A DNA stretch of 64,000 nt from Octopus sinensis (GCF_006345805.1 NC_043022.1:21762001-21826000); one strand, 5' to 3'. Numbered from the stretch's first letter, positions 11,436 to 23,224 are shown. Notes: generated by a model not told the origin, from the sequence alone. Program-made: numbers and translations.

Positions 11436-12396
11436 AAAGATCCATATGATTTTCAGAATTGTTTCACAACGAGGCGACACCCGGAAACTAAAAAGCACCA
11501 AAAAATATATTTACTAAATTAAAAAATAAATTATAATTGTTTACAATTCTGCCAAAATGAATTAAATATGTGATAAAAATATTTATGTAAATAATTGTGG
11601 TAGCAATAGGAAATAGATGGATAATAATTTTAACCAGTCAGAAAACGAGTAAGTATTTACTACTTGATATAAACAATCACAAGGTTAGATAATTCTTGCT
11701 ACTTCCGAGGTCAAACTAAAAGAGAAGAGGTAAGGTGTGGAGGAGTGGTTACAGTAGAGATAAAGGCTGTGGTAGCAGTATACAGTGTGAGGGATAGGAA
11801 AAGGAGGTGAGTTGAGAATACGAAAATTAATACAAAAAGAGAAATGGGAAAACTGGCCTGTAACGGAAAAAGGACCCCCCAAAAGCTGAGATTAAAGTCG
11901 AATATATATTTCTTTAAGAAATTTTCGTTTGTGTTTAAAAATAAGTGAATGGGGATGGGAGCAGATCCTTTTCTCAGATTGAATAAAAAGAGGGATAGGA
12001 AAAGTGTAAAAAAAAAATAGAAGTGACACATAAGGAAGATTAGGAAAGGGAACAGGATAGGCGATAAGTTTGGAGGTGACAGGAGAAAAGTGAAGAAACA
12101 AATGAGGGGGCGGGAAGAGAAAATGTAAAAAGGTGAATGAGAACGAAGAGAGACGGCTACGTAAGATAAGTAAAGATAGAAACAGCAGGAAGTTCGAAAC
12201 AAAGAAATGAAAGAGGCCGACAGATGAGATATGAAGGTGGGAGGGGGGAATAAAAAAGGGGAAAGCAAGAGTGACGTGAAGTTAATATAATTAATAACCA
12301 GAGACAAAGAGTTGTGTTTGAGAGAGGAGAGCAAAAGAGAGAAAAGATTGCGATAGAGTACAAAGTTAGAGCAAGAAAGGCAGATCTTTTTCTTTC

Positions 12397-12850
12397 TTGA
12401 CTTCTTTCTTTCTTTCCTTGTGTCTCTCTGTCTGTCTATCTATCTCTCTCCCTCTCTCTCTCTCTCCCCCTTGTCTCTGTATCTCTCTCTCTCTTCCCCT
12501 TGTCTTTGTATCTCTCTGTCTGTCTGTCTTTCTCTCTCTCTCTCCCTTTATCTCTGTCTGTCTCTCTTTCCCTTTATCTCTGTCTCTCCCTCTGTGTCTT
12601 TCTCCCCCTCTCTGTCTGTCTGTCTCTCTCTCTCTCCCTTTATCTCTGTCTCTCTGTCTCTCTCTCCCTTTATCTCTGTCTCTCTGTCTCTCTCTCTCCC
12701 TTTATCTCTGTCTCTCTCTCTCTCTCCCTTTATCTCTGTCTTTCTCTCTCTCCCTTTCTCTCTGTCTCCCTCTGTCTCTCTCTCCCCCTCTATCTCTGTC
12801 TGTCTCTCTCTCCCCCTCTTTCTCTGTGTGTCTGTCTCTCTCTCTCTCTA
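12397..12850. repeat. Compound (CT)n / (CTGT)n polypyrimidine tract
   Basis: About 450 bp almost all C/T on the + strand, with a recurring ccctttatctctgtctctct unit. The L/S-rich ORFs here are artefacts. Confidence 0.95.
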
Positions 12851-13193
12851 GCAAGGGGAGAGAAGCATGGAACCTACCCCTCCACTCAGATACATGTACA
12901 CATTCATTCAATTATCTCAACACGCATACACATTCGAACAAACGAGGCGGAATTTTTTTTTTTATTCGAAACAAAACATAACAAATCTTTTTTTTTTTTT
13001 CAAATGATAAAACTAATCGATCGAAACTATCTATTTTTTCAAAAAATTTAATTCATCCCTCGAATATCTATAACCTTTATTTTCAAAGAATACATAACAT
13101 ATATATACGTATATATATATATTTTTATGATATCCGAAAAGAAAAAGAAACCCCCCACCGAAAAAAAAACTCTGACCGTTGTTTGCCTCTTCC

Positions 13194-13576
13194 AGTCAAA
13201 GCTGAGAGAAGTGAATGAAGCTCAGAATCGGACTGGAACTCTACTCGCACATAACTCAACTCGAACTCTACCTCTGCTCGAATGAACCGAAGCTGAACCT
13301 GATGGATATTGTCAGAAACTTCCAATGCCTGCTTCTTCTGCTTCTTCTTCTTTCCTCTTAAATAACAACCAAAACAACAAAACAGGAGGAAAAACAAAAA
13401 TATTCAATCATTTTTACATCGTTTAACAACAACTGCTATACTACAATTAAGGTTAATTTATTAATTTGTTGAGAGATTTTCAGTTTTTTGCTGTTGTTGT
13501 TGTTGTTGTTGTTTGGGGGTGATTTTGGCGACTATACAATTATTTTCTTTTTTATTTTTTGGTTGGAAAGAAAAGG
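13194..13576 (+). promoter_or_regulatory. Candidate non-coding first exon / TSS region of PIK3CA
   Basis: Lies in the SINE-free, CpG-retaining island. Inr-like CCAGTC at 13192-13197; strong donor AAGG|GTGAGT at 13576/13577 followed by T-rich and microsatellite sequence. Link to PIK3CA is inferred. Confidence 0.35.
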
Positions 13577-14489
13577 GTGAGTTTTTTTTATTCTTCTTAC
13601 TGTTGACTTTTGATTCCTTAATGATGATCACACACACACACACACATATATATATAAAACATCCGCTCACTATTTCATCAATCAATCTGTATTGAATACT
13701 ATTATATTATATAGAATAGCCATCGTTCGTTTAGTCGAGTGCAAATGTCCGTAAAAGCCATAAACACACCTCATACACACACACACACACATATATATAC
13801 AAATAGATCTTTATTAATTAATAATATATATTCTTTTGAATGTGTGTATATCCTAATGGTACCCTAATTTGCTCTATTAGCTTTATGAAAATTTTAAATA
13901 GTCCAATTATTTTGAGATACTGTGACTTTATCTACTTTGAAATGGTAGATATGGAATATCTGTGTGTGTATATCTATGGTATATCATTGTGTGTGTATAT
14001 CTATGGTATATAATTGTGTGTGTGTGTATAATGCGCGCACACACACAATCTACATCTATATCTCTGTATATTGATGTGTGTGATATATAATATATCTATA
14101 TGTATACACTATATGGTGGGTCAATTTATAGTGCCTTGACATTTTGTTTTATCAGATACGACCAATAACGATTTTTAAAATTATTTTAAAGTTTAATACT
14201 GCAAATAATTGTAACAGAGATGTAGTTGAACCAAGTAAATATGTATTTAGGGTAAATAAGTTGGCAAAACAAACAAGTTACTCTTGAAATCAAACCATAT
14301 AGAACAATTATGTTGAAATATGTTTTTCTAGTTTACTGTCTTTTATGTAGCTAGACTCTACCTCACATTATATATAATTACAAACACATAAGTATTCTCA
14401 CTACACACATACATATATATATACATACATGTATGTATGTATATTCCCAGTATGATGTACACATCATACTTGGAATATACATATTTTCG

Positions 14490-14776
14490 CTCCCAATTTG
14501 CTTTTATAATCATCTTTGTTTTAGAGGGATCGATTTATAATGATATCAACATGTATATGGATCCCCGATTTAATGCATAAACTCAACCAGTCCTGGCTTC
14601 TCAACCTATTTCGCTTCCTTGCCGTCTTTTTTATACATAATACATTTATTTATATCGGTTCTGTCACCACACTCTTCCTAACTTTATGACATTTGTTTTT
14701 AGTCAATTCCAATAATGAAGACATTTAGTTAAAATCATTTTCTATATTCATTCATATACACCTACATTGTATGGAG

Positions 14777-14817
<41 letters not shown>

Positions 14818-15075
14818 TATATATGTGTGTGTGTGTATGTATGTATGTATGTATGAAGTAGGTTCTCGCTTCAATATTTTTGCTCCTCTTTTCCTTTTAC
14901 AATCATCACTGTTTTAGAGGGATCAATTTATAATGATAGCAACATGTATATGGGACCCCGATTTAAAGCAGAACTCAACCAGTCCTATGTTCTCAACATA
15001 GATCGCTTCTTTGTCCTCTTTTATACATACATACATAATATATACATTTATTTATATACATGTTCTCCCCTCATT
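14490..15075 (+). repeat. Diverged direct duplication, about 170-bp units separated by a microsatellite
   Basis: gttttagagggatc.atttataatgata.caacatgtatatgg...actcaaccagtcct occurs at about 14520 and about 14910. Confidence 0.85.
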
Positions 15076-15172
15076 CTCTCAACTTTTGTTTTTAGCCTGA
15101 TATACACATACACATACACACACACACATATACACGTATGTATCTATACATGTACACACACACACACACATA

Positions 15173-15216
<44 letters not shown>

Positions 15217-15387
15217 TATCTGTAGTTATACTTTATCAGAATAAAGCGACCAGTTTCAAATTGTTTTCTGTAGTAATACGTATGTATTCAATCATACAAT
15301 ACATCTATATTGTGTGTAGTATATATACACATAATGACGGCGCTCACTGCCCTTCCACACACACATTCAAATCATAAAACACATGCT

Positions 15388-15421
<34 letters not shown>

Positions 15422-15582
15422 CACACACGCATGCGTTCCCATTAACTGATACATATACGTATGTGCTGGTGAATGGGGTCGTTTAATGTACATAGATTTG
15501 TGTATAAGATTGAAATATGTTTACCATAAGAACTGGTTTTAGTCAAGTTTGTTAAAACTGTATGTGTGTATGTATATATATA

Positions 15583-15635
<53 letters not shown>

Positions 15636-16627
15636 TATACACACGCACACGAAGTCCCACAACTAAACCCCCTACAACTTTCAAATGCTATTTCAAACCA
15701 TATTTAAATCAATATTGCCATCGTCTTACTCTGATGGTCTGTTTTAGCTTAGTCATTTTACGCAGAATACACACCTTTCTATTTAAAAAAAAAAAAAAAA
15801 TCAAGCCATTTTATGTCCGACTAAGGATGTATAACACTGTGTTACATTATATACATATATATATGTATGTATATGTGTGTGTGATAAACACATATTCATA
15901 CACGCATCGATAATTTCTGAAATATTCGTAGCAAGTAGATAAATGTTAATAACAGTGGTTTCTAATCTAAACGCGAGGGCAACAATTTTGAGGGGAGGGG
16001 TTAGTTGATGCCATCGACTTCAGTACTTGACTGGTACTTCAATTTAATCGGCTCCTAAGGGAAGGAAGGCAAGTCGACCCTGGCTGGATTTGAACTCAGA
16101 ACGTCAAGTGCCGGAAGAAAATACCGCAAAGCAAATAATAATTGTAATGATAATATATGCATATTGCTTGTTTACTTGTGAATGTGGGTGTGTATATTAT
16201 CTGTTTGAGTGGAAATATCATTTCCGGTTTATCTCTGTAAGCTATACACAAGCACACCTATTATCATGGCTTCTCTGTCATTTATTATTAATAATGAGGC
16301 GGGGGGGAAAAACCCCCGTCGTGTTGTTTATCCCCGTTCGACAGTGCAAACCTATCATCAAAGGCATTCCTGTTGTGACCGTGCTGTTGTTTTTCTCTCC
16401 AAAACATTGTCGGGGTATACTATCCAATTTACTTAGAAAAACAGTAGCGTATGATTTGGAGGAGATTATGAAGTCTCAAGTGGTCGTCTGATCTACTAGA
16501 CATAGCAGCAAAGTTTCTCTTAGACCACAATCTCCTATCTTATATTAAAAAAAAAAACCCAAAAGCATTGGATAATGTAGTTTGATACATTGCCTGAAGA
16601 GAGAAATAAAACAGTTATACTTTAGAT

Positions 16628-16975
16628 CAGTAGTTCTCAACCGGAGTCCATACGGCCCCTGAGGGTTCATATAATATTTTTGGGAGTCCACGCAACAAAA
16701 TAGTACATTGGGGATCCACAGTTGTATTTTAAGGGACCTTGAAAAATTTTGATTTAGATGTATGTATTGGTATGTATTGCAAGATACAGCCAAGTTTCTT
16801 TCTCTGACATTTTACATAGTTCAACCTACACAAGTTTATGTGTGAATAACAAAATAGGAATTTTGAAAGAAATTTCTATAGAACTAGTTTTTAAACATCA
16901 AATGGCTATTGGAGTCCACCAGAATAGAGTTGTAATCAAAGAGGTACTAAGATAAAAAATGGTTGAGAATCTCTC
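16628..16975. mobile_element. hAT (Charlie-type) MITE with 8-bp TSD ctttagat
   Basis: cagtagttctcaacc ... ggttgagaatctct termini; TSD at 16620-16627 and 16976-16983. Confidence 0.85.
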
Positions 16976-17779
16976 CTTTAGATCGTGGGTATGTCTTGAA
17001 TGATCATTTTTAAGCCCCACCCGGAGTTAAGCATGAATATTACAATTTCTCTTTCTCTCTCTTAAAAATGTTAGTCTTTAAAGACTCTAAGATATGTTTT
17101 CAGTAGTTAGTTTTGTGGTCTTGGTACATGCATGGCCATGTGACTAAGTTTGTTTTACAACTACATCATTCTAGGTTTAGCGGTACTGTGGGCAAGTGTC
17201 TTCTGCTTTGGCCTCAGGTTGACTTGTGAGTGAAATTTGGTAGAGAGAAAATATGTAGGAGTTTGTGTGTGTAATGTGCCTGTGTATCTGATATTGACAC
17301 TGCTTGGGCTGCTGTGCCATCATGTGTCGCATAAACAAAATCCTTGTGGTAGTCAGCAATCCAACGTGGTAGAGTCATGAAATAGCTTACTTGAAAACAA
17401 AGGTTGGTGTCAGGAAAGGCATCAGCCTGAGAATATTGCCTTGAGAAGTTCCCTCTAATCCTTGCCTGCATGGAAAAAGTAAACATAAAATGATGAGGAT
17501 GTTACTGATGCTTCAACGCTGAGTGTTTGGTTGTTGTTTCCATGAAAACTAGCTATTTTTCATCTGTTCTGGGTTTTCTAAATGTAAGTAATATACCCTG
17601 TCCTTTGTGTAAAGCAAACCCATAGTGAAAGCTTAAATCCTTTAGCATTTAAACCAGCCACATCAGGTGAAAATGTTCTATTTGTCTTATTCTCAAACTG
17701 GTCAGATTTGGCCTCTCACACTACTTTATAATGTCATTGTAAACAAAATAAACAATCACATCAACAAAATCACAAAGCT

Positions 17780-18030
17780 ACCGTGCCGGTGGCATGTAAA
17801 AATCTCCATCCGATCATGGCCGTTTGCCAGCCTCGACTGGCACCTGTGCCGGTGGCACGTAAAAAGCACCCACTACACTCACAGAGTGGTTGGCGTTAAG
17901 AAGGGCATCCAGCTGTAGAAACGCTGCCAGATCAGACTGGGCCTGGTGCAGCCTTCTGGCTTCCCAGACCCCAGTTGAACCGTCCAACCCATGCTAGCAT
18001 GGAAAGCGGACGTTAAACAATAACGATGAT
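17780..18030 (+). mobile_element. Family E copy
   Basis: Family E body and 3' end. Confidence 0.82.
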
Positions 18031-18337
18031 GAATATGAATAAATAAGTATTACATTTGACAAAGTAATCTGAATGCTAAAGTGTTGATATTCCTCATACC
18101 ACACCATACTGTCTTTAAAACTATATGGATAATTTGCTGATGTAGTTGTGTCATCAAGACTCGATAATAGGTAAGATGGTCATAGCTGTAAAATATCTGC
18201 TGACACTGTATAAATGAATAATGGTGCTCTCTATACAATTACTTGTCCAATAAGAAACAGCAACCAAATTTCTGTAAAACTGCATCCTACAATCTTAAAA
18301 GAAAAAATTGAATACCTTCGATAATGTAGTCCCATTT

Positions 18338-19008
18338 GGCTTGGCTTGGTTTTGTACTCTTGGGATCATTGTTTGTTGTTGTTGTTTGTTCCTTCTCGAG
18401 CCGTTCCTGGCTCATAAGGGCTGGTTTCTTGGCGTATAGGTTCCCCACTTGGATGGGACGCTGGTCCGTCGCAGGTGAGCTGCAAGATGCAGGAGGAAAG
18501 AGTGAGAGAAAGTTGCAGCGAAAGAGTCAGCAGAAGTTTCACCATTACCTTCTGGTGGAGCTTAGTTGTTTCGCTCATAAACACACGCATCGCCTGGTCT
18601 GAGATTCAAACCCGCGATCCCTCGACCGTGAGTCCGCTGCTCTAACCACTAGGCCATGTGCCTCCACTCTTGGGATCATTCCAAGATAGTGGTCCTAGAG
18701 GTGTCATTATGTGCAGAACCAACCAAGTCTACCAGTGCTCTCCATTGCTGATTGTCTCATGCCAGCCCCTCTGCATCCTCCAAGGTGATGTCAAGCCTCT
18801 GGAGATCTCCAATCATGTCCAGCCATCTGAAAGTAAAGCCCTGGTAGGAGATGACCTGCAATGCATTGGTCCTCTCCGTTCTCCTCTGTGGAACCCCTCT
18901 ACATGGCCCCTCTTGAAGACCCTGACAAAAAGGATTGATGGCTTTGACAGCAGAGCCTTGAGGACCATCAAGAGCATCAGATGGTACCATCGCATTTCCA
19001 ACAAAGAA
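18338..19008 (-). mobile_element. 5'-truncated RTE-clade LINE with an inverted 5' segment, (CCAAG)n tail and 12-bp TSD
   Basis: TSD gtagtcccattt at 18326-18337 and 19009-19020. Minus strand: RWLDMIGDLQRLDITLEDAEGLA. Plus strand 18830-19008: NALVLSVLLCG...TWPLLKTLTKRIDGFDSRALRTIKSIRWYHRISNKE. Confidence 0.88.
18371..18665 (-). mobile_element. tRNA-derived SINE (family C variant) with 15-bp TSD
   Basis: TSD actcttgggatcatt at 18356-18370 and 18666-18680; homologous to 53307-53623. Confidence 0.9.
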
Positions 19009-19039
19009 GTAGTCCCATTTAAACTTTTAAAAAAAATAG

Positions 19040-20030
19040 ATAGCCAGGTCATGTCTAAAAACTGAAGAAGACAGCAAAGGAAACTACACAGGAAAACAGT
19101 ACTAGGCATGGCATATACATTTGCTGTGAGCATTCCGAATGACCGTCGAATCAAAAACAGAACTCCGCATGCTTTGTTGGCAGCATGGACGCATTTAAAA
19201 CAGTTGTTGAATTCTTGCTAGTCTCTTATTCTGTTCTTTGTGATGAAACATCAAACATCACATTGCTTATGTACCAGATATATTCTGCCATACAAGCAAT
19301 GAAGTTAATTTGCAACTAGAAAGGAATAAGGTTAAACCATATCAAATTAAAATCAGCCCTCTCCATGTTTCTGTCCAAATTACAGTTATTCAAGCACAAC
19401 ACAAGCTGTCATCAGTTCTTCCAGTTTCTAAGCTTCTCTGAACTGGAGAAGGAAAAGTGCAGACAAGAAGAGGACATTCAAATGTATTGTTCACACCTGC
19501 ATGAGCTGCACAGGGACATGGCATAGATTTTAGGAAATTTATTTTTGCTTACAATACCAGTCCTAGATATCAGTTTCACTTTAAAATGATATTGTGCTGA
19601 GGCCAAAGTTCAAAAAATCATATCATGATTTTTGATTGCAAATGGACATTTCTGACTGCTGCACTGTGGAACAATGTCAGGATGTACTTTATTAACCTTC
19701 CCAACATCATATTTTATAGAGCAGGGCTTCAGTGCAGTTACCTCGCTTCTTTCTAAGCGAAGAAACACTAAAAATTATTGAACACAAGGACCTAAGACTA
19801 CCTCTTAGTGCAGTGGTTCCCAAACTATGAGTCACGACCCACAGATGGGTCGCTAAAAGTTATAAAATTACGCATTAGCTTTGATTAACTGTTGTCTATC
19901 ACGATAGTTCAAGACTTCAAGTGGGTCGTCATAAACTGGTATGATAAATAGTGGGTCGCGACTCTAAAAAGTTTGGGAACCACTGTCTTAGTGTCTTGCA
20001 GCCTGATGTCAGCTTCCCATATTTCAGAGA
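19040..20030 (+). mobile_element. Degenerate hAT transposase (Charlie / ZBED8-like), C-terminal half
   Basis: FKTVVEFL...NEVNLQL...FLSKLQLFK...DIQMYCSHLHELHRDM...NDIVLRPKFKKSYHDF...FPTSYFIEQGFSAVTSLL. Confidence 0.8.
19811..19985. mobile_element. hAT MITE, 175 bp, 16-bp perfect TIR, 8-bp TSD tcttagtg
   Basis: cagtggttcccaaact / agtttgggaaccactg; TSD at 19803-19810 and 19986-19993. Confidence 0.93.
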
Positions 20031-20329
20031 ATATTGTTCTTCAGACACAGGTTTTAATTGAAAACAATTGCTACATTTGTAACAATGAAACTGTGAAAGC
20101 ATACAAACTCAAAATGTAATTTGAGCTGCTATTGTTGGTCATAATTCCTCATAACATAATGTTCCAGATGTGACACTGCACAAATGGTATGAAAGGTGCT
20201 TTGACACTCAGATAAATATTCTGTAACTTGTCTGGTTTACATGGAAATGCCACAAAAAAATGTTAATCATGACAAATTTGATTTAACTTAATACCAAAAT
20301 TAAGCAAAAGCAAAATAAAGTTATCAAAT

Positions 20330-21680
20330 TTAATTCATAGCATTATTTTAGTCTAAAGTTCCTTGTCAAACTTGAACTTTCTATGACGTATCATATCAGG
20401 GCAAGGCAAAAGTTCAACTATTTGATCTTCACGTATCCGTGAATTGTCCATGTTGTCAATGAGGTAAATATTTCCATTTGATATTTCTTTTGAAAACTAC
20501 AAATAGTTGCTCTTCCAGATGATTTTTTTTTTCACATATCACTGGTACCACCTGCACAGTGCAGGGTAGCAGTCAGAAATGTCCCTTTGCAATCAAAAAT
20601 CACGATATGATTTTTTGAACTTTGGCCTCAACACAATATCATTTTAAAGTGAAACTGATATCTAGGACTGGTATTGTAAGCAAAAATAAATTTCCTAAAA
20701 TCTATGCCATGTCCCTGTGCAGCTCATGCAGGTGTGAACAATACACTTGAATGTCATCTTCTTGTCTGCACTGTGGTACCACCTTTTTCACATTGAAATG
20801 TGTACTTTACTAGATAGGATTTACTGTATACTTGCTTGTTGCCACTGTTTTGAACTGTTTGCATATGACATGAACAGGGAGGTGACAATAAATTCCCAAC
20901 AATAGTTTCATTAGTAGGGTACCAAGAGCACCATCCGAGTGTGATCGTTGCCAGAGCAGCCAGCTGGTTTCTGTGCCGGTGGCACATAAAAGGGCACCAT
21001 TCGAGCGTGATAGTTACCAACGTCACCTTACTGGCACCTGTGCTGGTGGCATGTGTAAAAGGATTCGAGCGAGGTCATTGCCAGTACCACCTCACTGGCC
21101 CACATGCCGGTGGCACGAAAAAAGCACCACTAAACTCTCGGAGTGGTTTGTGTTAGGAAGGGCATCCAGCTGTAAAAACTCTGCCAAATCAAGATTGGAG
21201 CCTGGTGCAGCCATCTGGTTCGCCACCCCTCAGTCAAAATCGTCCAGCCCATGCTAGCATGGAAAGCAAACATTAAACGATGAAGATGATGATGATGACT
21301 TCAATGTAGTGAAAGTGTTTTGTTCCTTGTAATGGTCTTGAATGGATTGCCATTCTTTCTTTTGAAAAATCTGTGTTGGTTCTAATTTGCTCTCATGAAC
21401 AATAACAAATGATAGAAACTTCTTTTCTGAAACAGCAACAAATTTGTCTAGATTTATAACAACTAACTTTACTTGCAAGTTTTTCCCATCAGGCAGCATT
21501 TTTCACATCACCACCCACTCCATCCAATCATTGTCCCTTTTTCCATGCAGTGTAGCCCCCAAAAATGCCAGTCAACTGAAACACCATGATCTCTTTGAAA
21601 TGACAAATTTATGAAAGCATATTAGTTTTTGAATTGGCAGGAAGGTCCACCTGACCAGTAATGCACCCTTTCAGTACCTG
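20330..21680 (-). mobile_element. Degenerate DDE-type DNA transposase remnant, superfamily uncertain
   Basis: With frameshifts: HGVSVDWHF...HGKG..DGVGGDVKNAA and C-terminal EDQIVELLPCPDMIRHRKFKFDKEL. Interrupted by a family E copy and an inverted hAT fragment. Confidence 0.55.
20935..21300 (+). mobile_element. Family E copy (long form)
   Basis: Family E body with (gat)n tail. Confidence 0.85.
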
Positions 21681-21689
21681 TTTCTTTAT

Positions 21690-21900
21690 TACCCACAAGG
21701 GGCTAAACATAGAGGGGACAGACATAGGTATTAAATTGATTCCATCGACCCCAGTGCGTAACTGGTACTTAATTTATCGACCCCGAAAGGATGAAAGGCA
21801 AAGTCGACCTCGGTGGAATTTGAACTCACAATCTAACGGCAGACGAAATACCGCTAAGCATTTTGCCCGACATGCTAACGTTTCTGCCAGCTCTCCGCCT
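21690..21900 (-). mobile_element. Family B SINE
   Basis: Family B core, reverse complement. Confidence 0.83.
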
Positions 21901-21930
21901 TTTAGTACCAATCCTTTTACTGCACAGATT

Positions 21931-22260
21931 GTTAGTTAGTTAGTTAATTTTTTGGCTCAAAAAGCAAAAAAGCAAGGCCATGTAGGGGGACATGGAGTTA
22001 TGTACAGGGTGGGGTTCATGTAAAGAGTTCAGGCCACTTGTGGTCAAGGGAGACTTTGAACCGAGCGGTCATCGGCATCTTCACCATCTCGTCCGGCAGC
22101 TTATTCCACGGATCCGCAACCCGAACGGAGAAAGCCCCTCTCCTTCGATTGAGATGAAATCGTCGCAGATAGAGCTTTTCGGGATGACCCCGCAGCTGAC
22201 GCTCTGGAGCAGGAGTGAAGAACAGCTCCTTCGAGATGTTACACTTTCCGCTTATGATGT
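21931..22260 (-). mobile_element. CR1/L2-like LINE 3' end
   Basis: Minus strand QLRGHPEKLYLRRFHLNRRRGAFSVRVADPWNKLPDEMVKMPMTARFKVSLDHKWPELFT*; (TAAC)n tail. Confidence 0.85.
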
Positions 22261-22429
22261 TGTGAGCAAGAATGAGATCACCACGGCGTCGTCGTTTTTC
22301 TAGAGAATAAAGGTCGAGTGTCTTCAGCCTTTCTTGTTGATTACAAACTGATTGTACAAAACAATGCTGTCCTTGTCTGAGGGGTCAAAGGGAGAAAATA
22401 AGATCTGAGAATAAGGTATTTTTCCTTTA

Positions 22430-22910
22430 TCCCTTTAGCATTCAGATTACTTTGTCAAATGTCAGCCTTATTTATTCACATTGATTTGAATTAATCAAGC
22501 GTTATCTTGTAGATGTGAGATTTCAATGATGTGATTGTTTATTTTTAGAATGACATTGTAGAATAAGTGTGATAGGCCAGATAAAATATTTGGGCTGGAT
22601 GTGGCTGATTTAAATGCTAAAGGGTTAAAAATTGTAATAACTTGAAAACCATAAAAGTTATTCCATGTTACATCTAGAATGTTCCAGACATAATTTACTT
22701 AAAAAAAATAAATCTGAACCCTTTAATATTCAAATTATTTTGTCAAATGTAATGCTTATTTATTCACATTGTTTTGAATTAATCATGTTTTATCTCGCAG
22801 CTTTGAGATTTCCATGATGTAATTGTATATTTTTAGAATGACATTGTAGGGTAAGTGTGAGAGGCCAGAATATTTTGGCTGGATAGGTCCAGTTTAAGGT
22901 TTAAGGGTTA
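22430..22910. mobile_element. Two piggyBac-type MITE copies (family H; about 22430-22628 and 22715-22910)
   Basis: ccctttagcattc...gctaaagggttaa; other copies at about 43365-43590, 54557-54780 and 59158-59383. Confidence 0.75.
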
Positions 22911-23224
22911 AACATCAAGTGCAATGACAAATGAAAAGATTTTCCATTTGCCCTTGAGAGTTAAGTTAGAGGTTTAATTAGCAAAACTTGTGCAAGAGAA
23001 AAGACTTAACAAAAGTGAAGCTAAAAGTGAGGTTTTTCTCAGATTTGACTTTGTGTCATGAAACAAATCACACCACATACCGTAAATCCTCGAGTATAGT
23101 CTGCCCTTGAGTATAATATGCAGGGGATTTTTAGGGGGCTGTACTTCTGAAAAACCCAAACCATGTGTATAATACGTACCCCTTCACTAACTTGAGTCAT
23201 GTGTAATTAAGCCAGCAGCTTACT

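Noticed and set aside
11711-13051. Long ORFs of 143-207 aa rich in L, S and F
   Set aside because: Stop-free frames produced by CT/GA low complexity.
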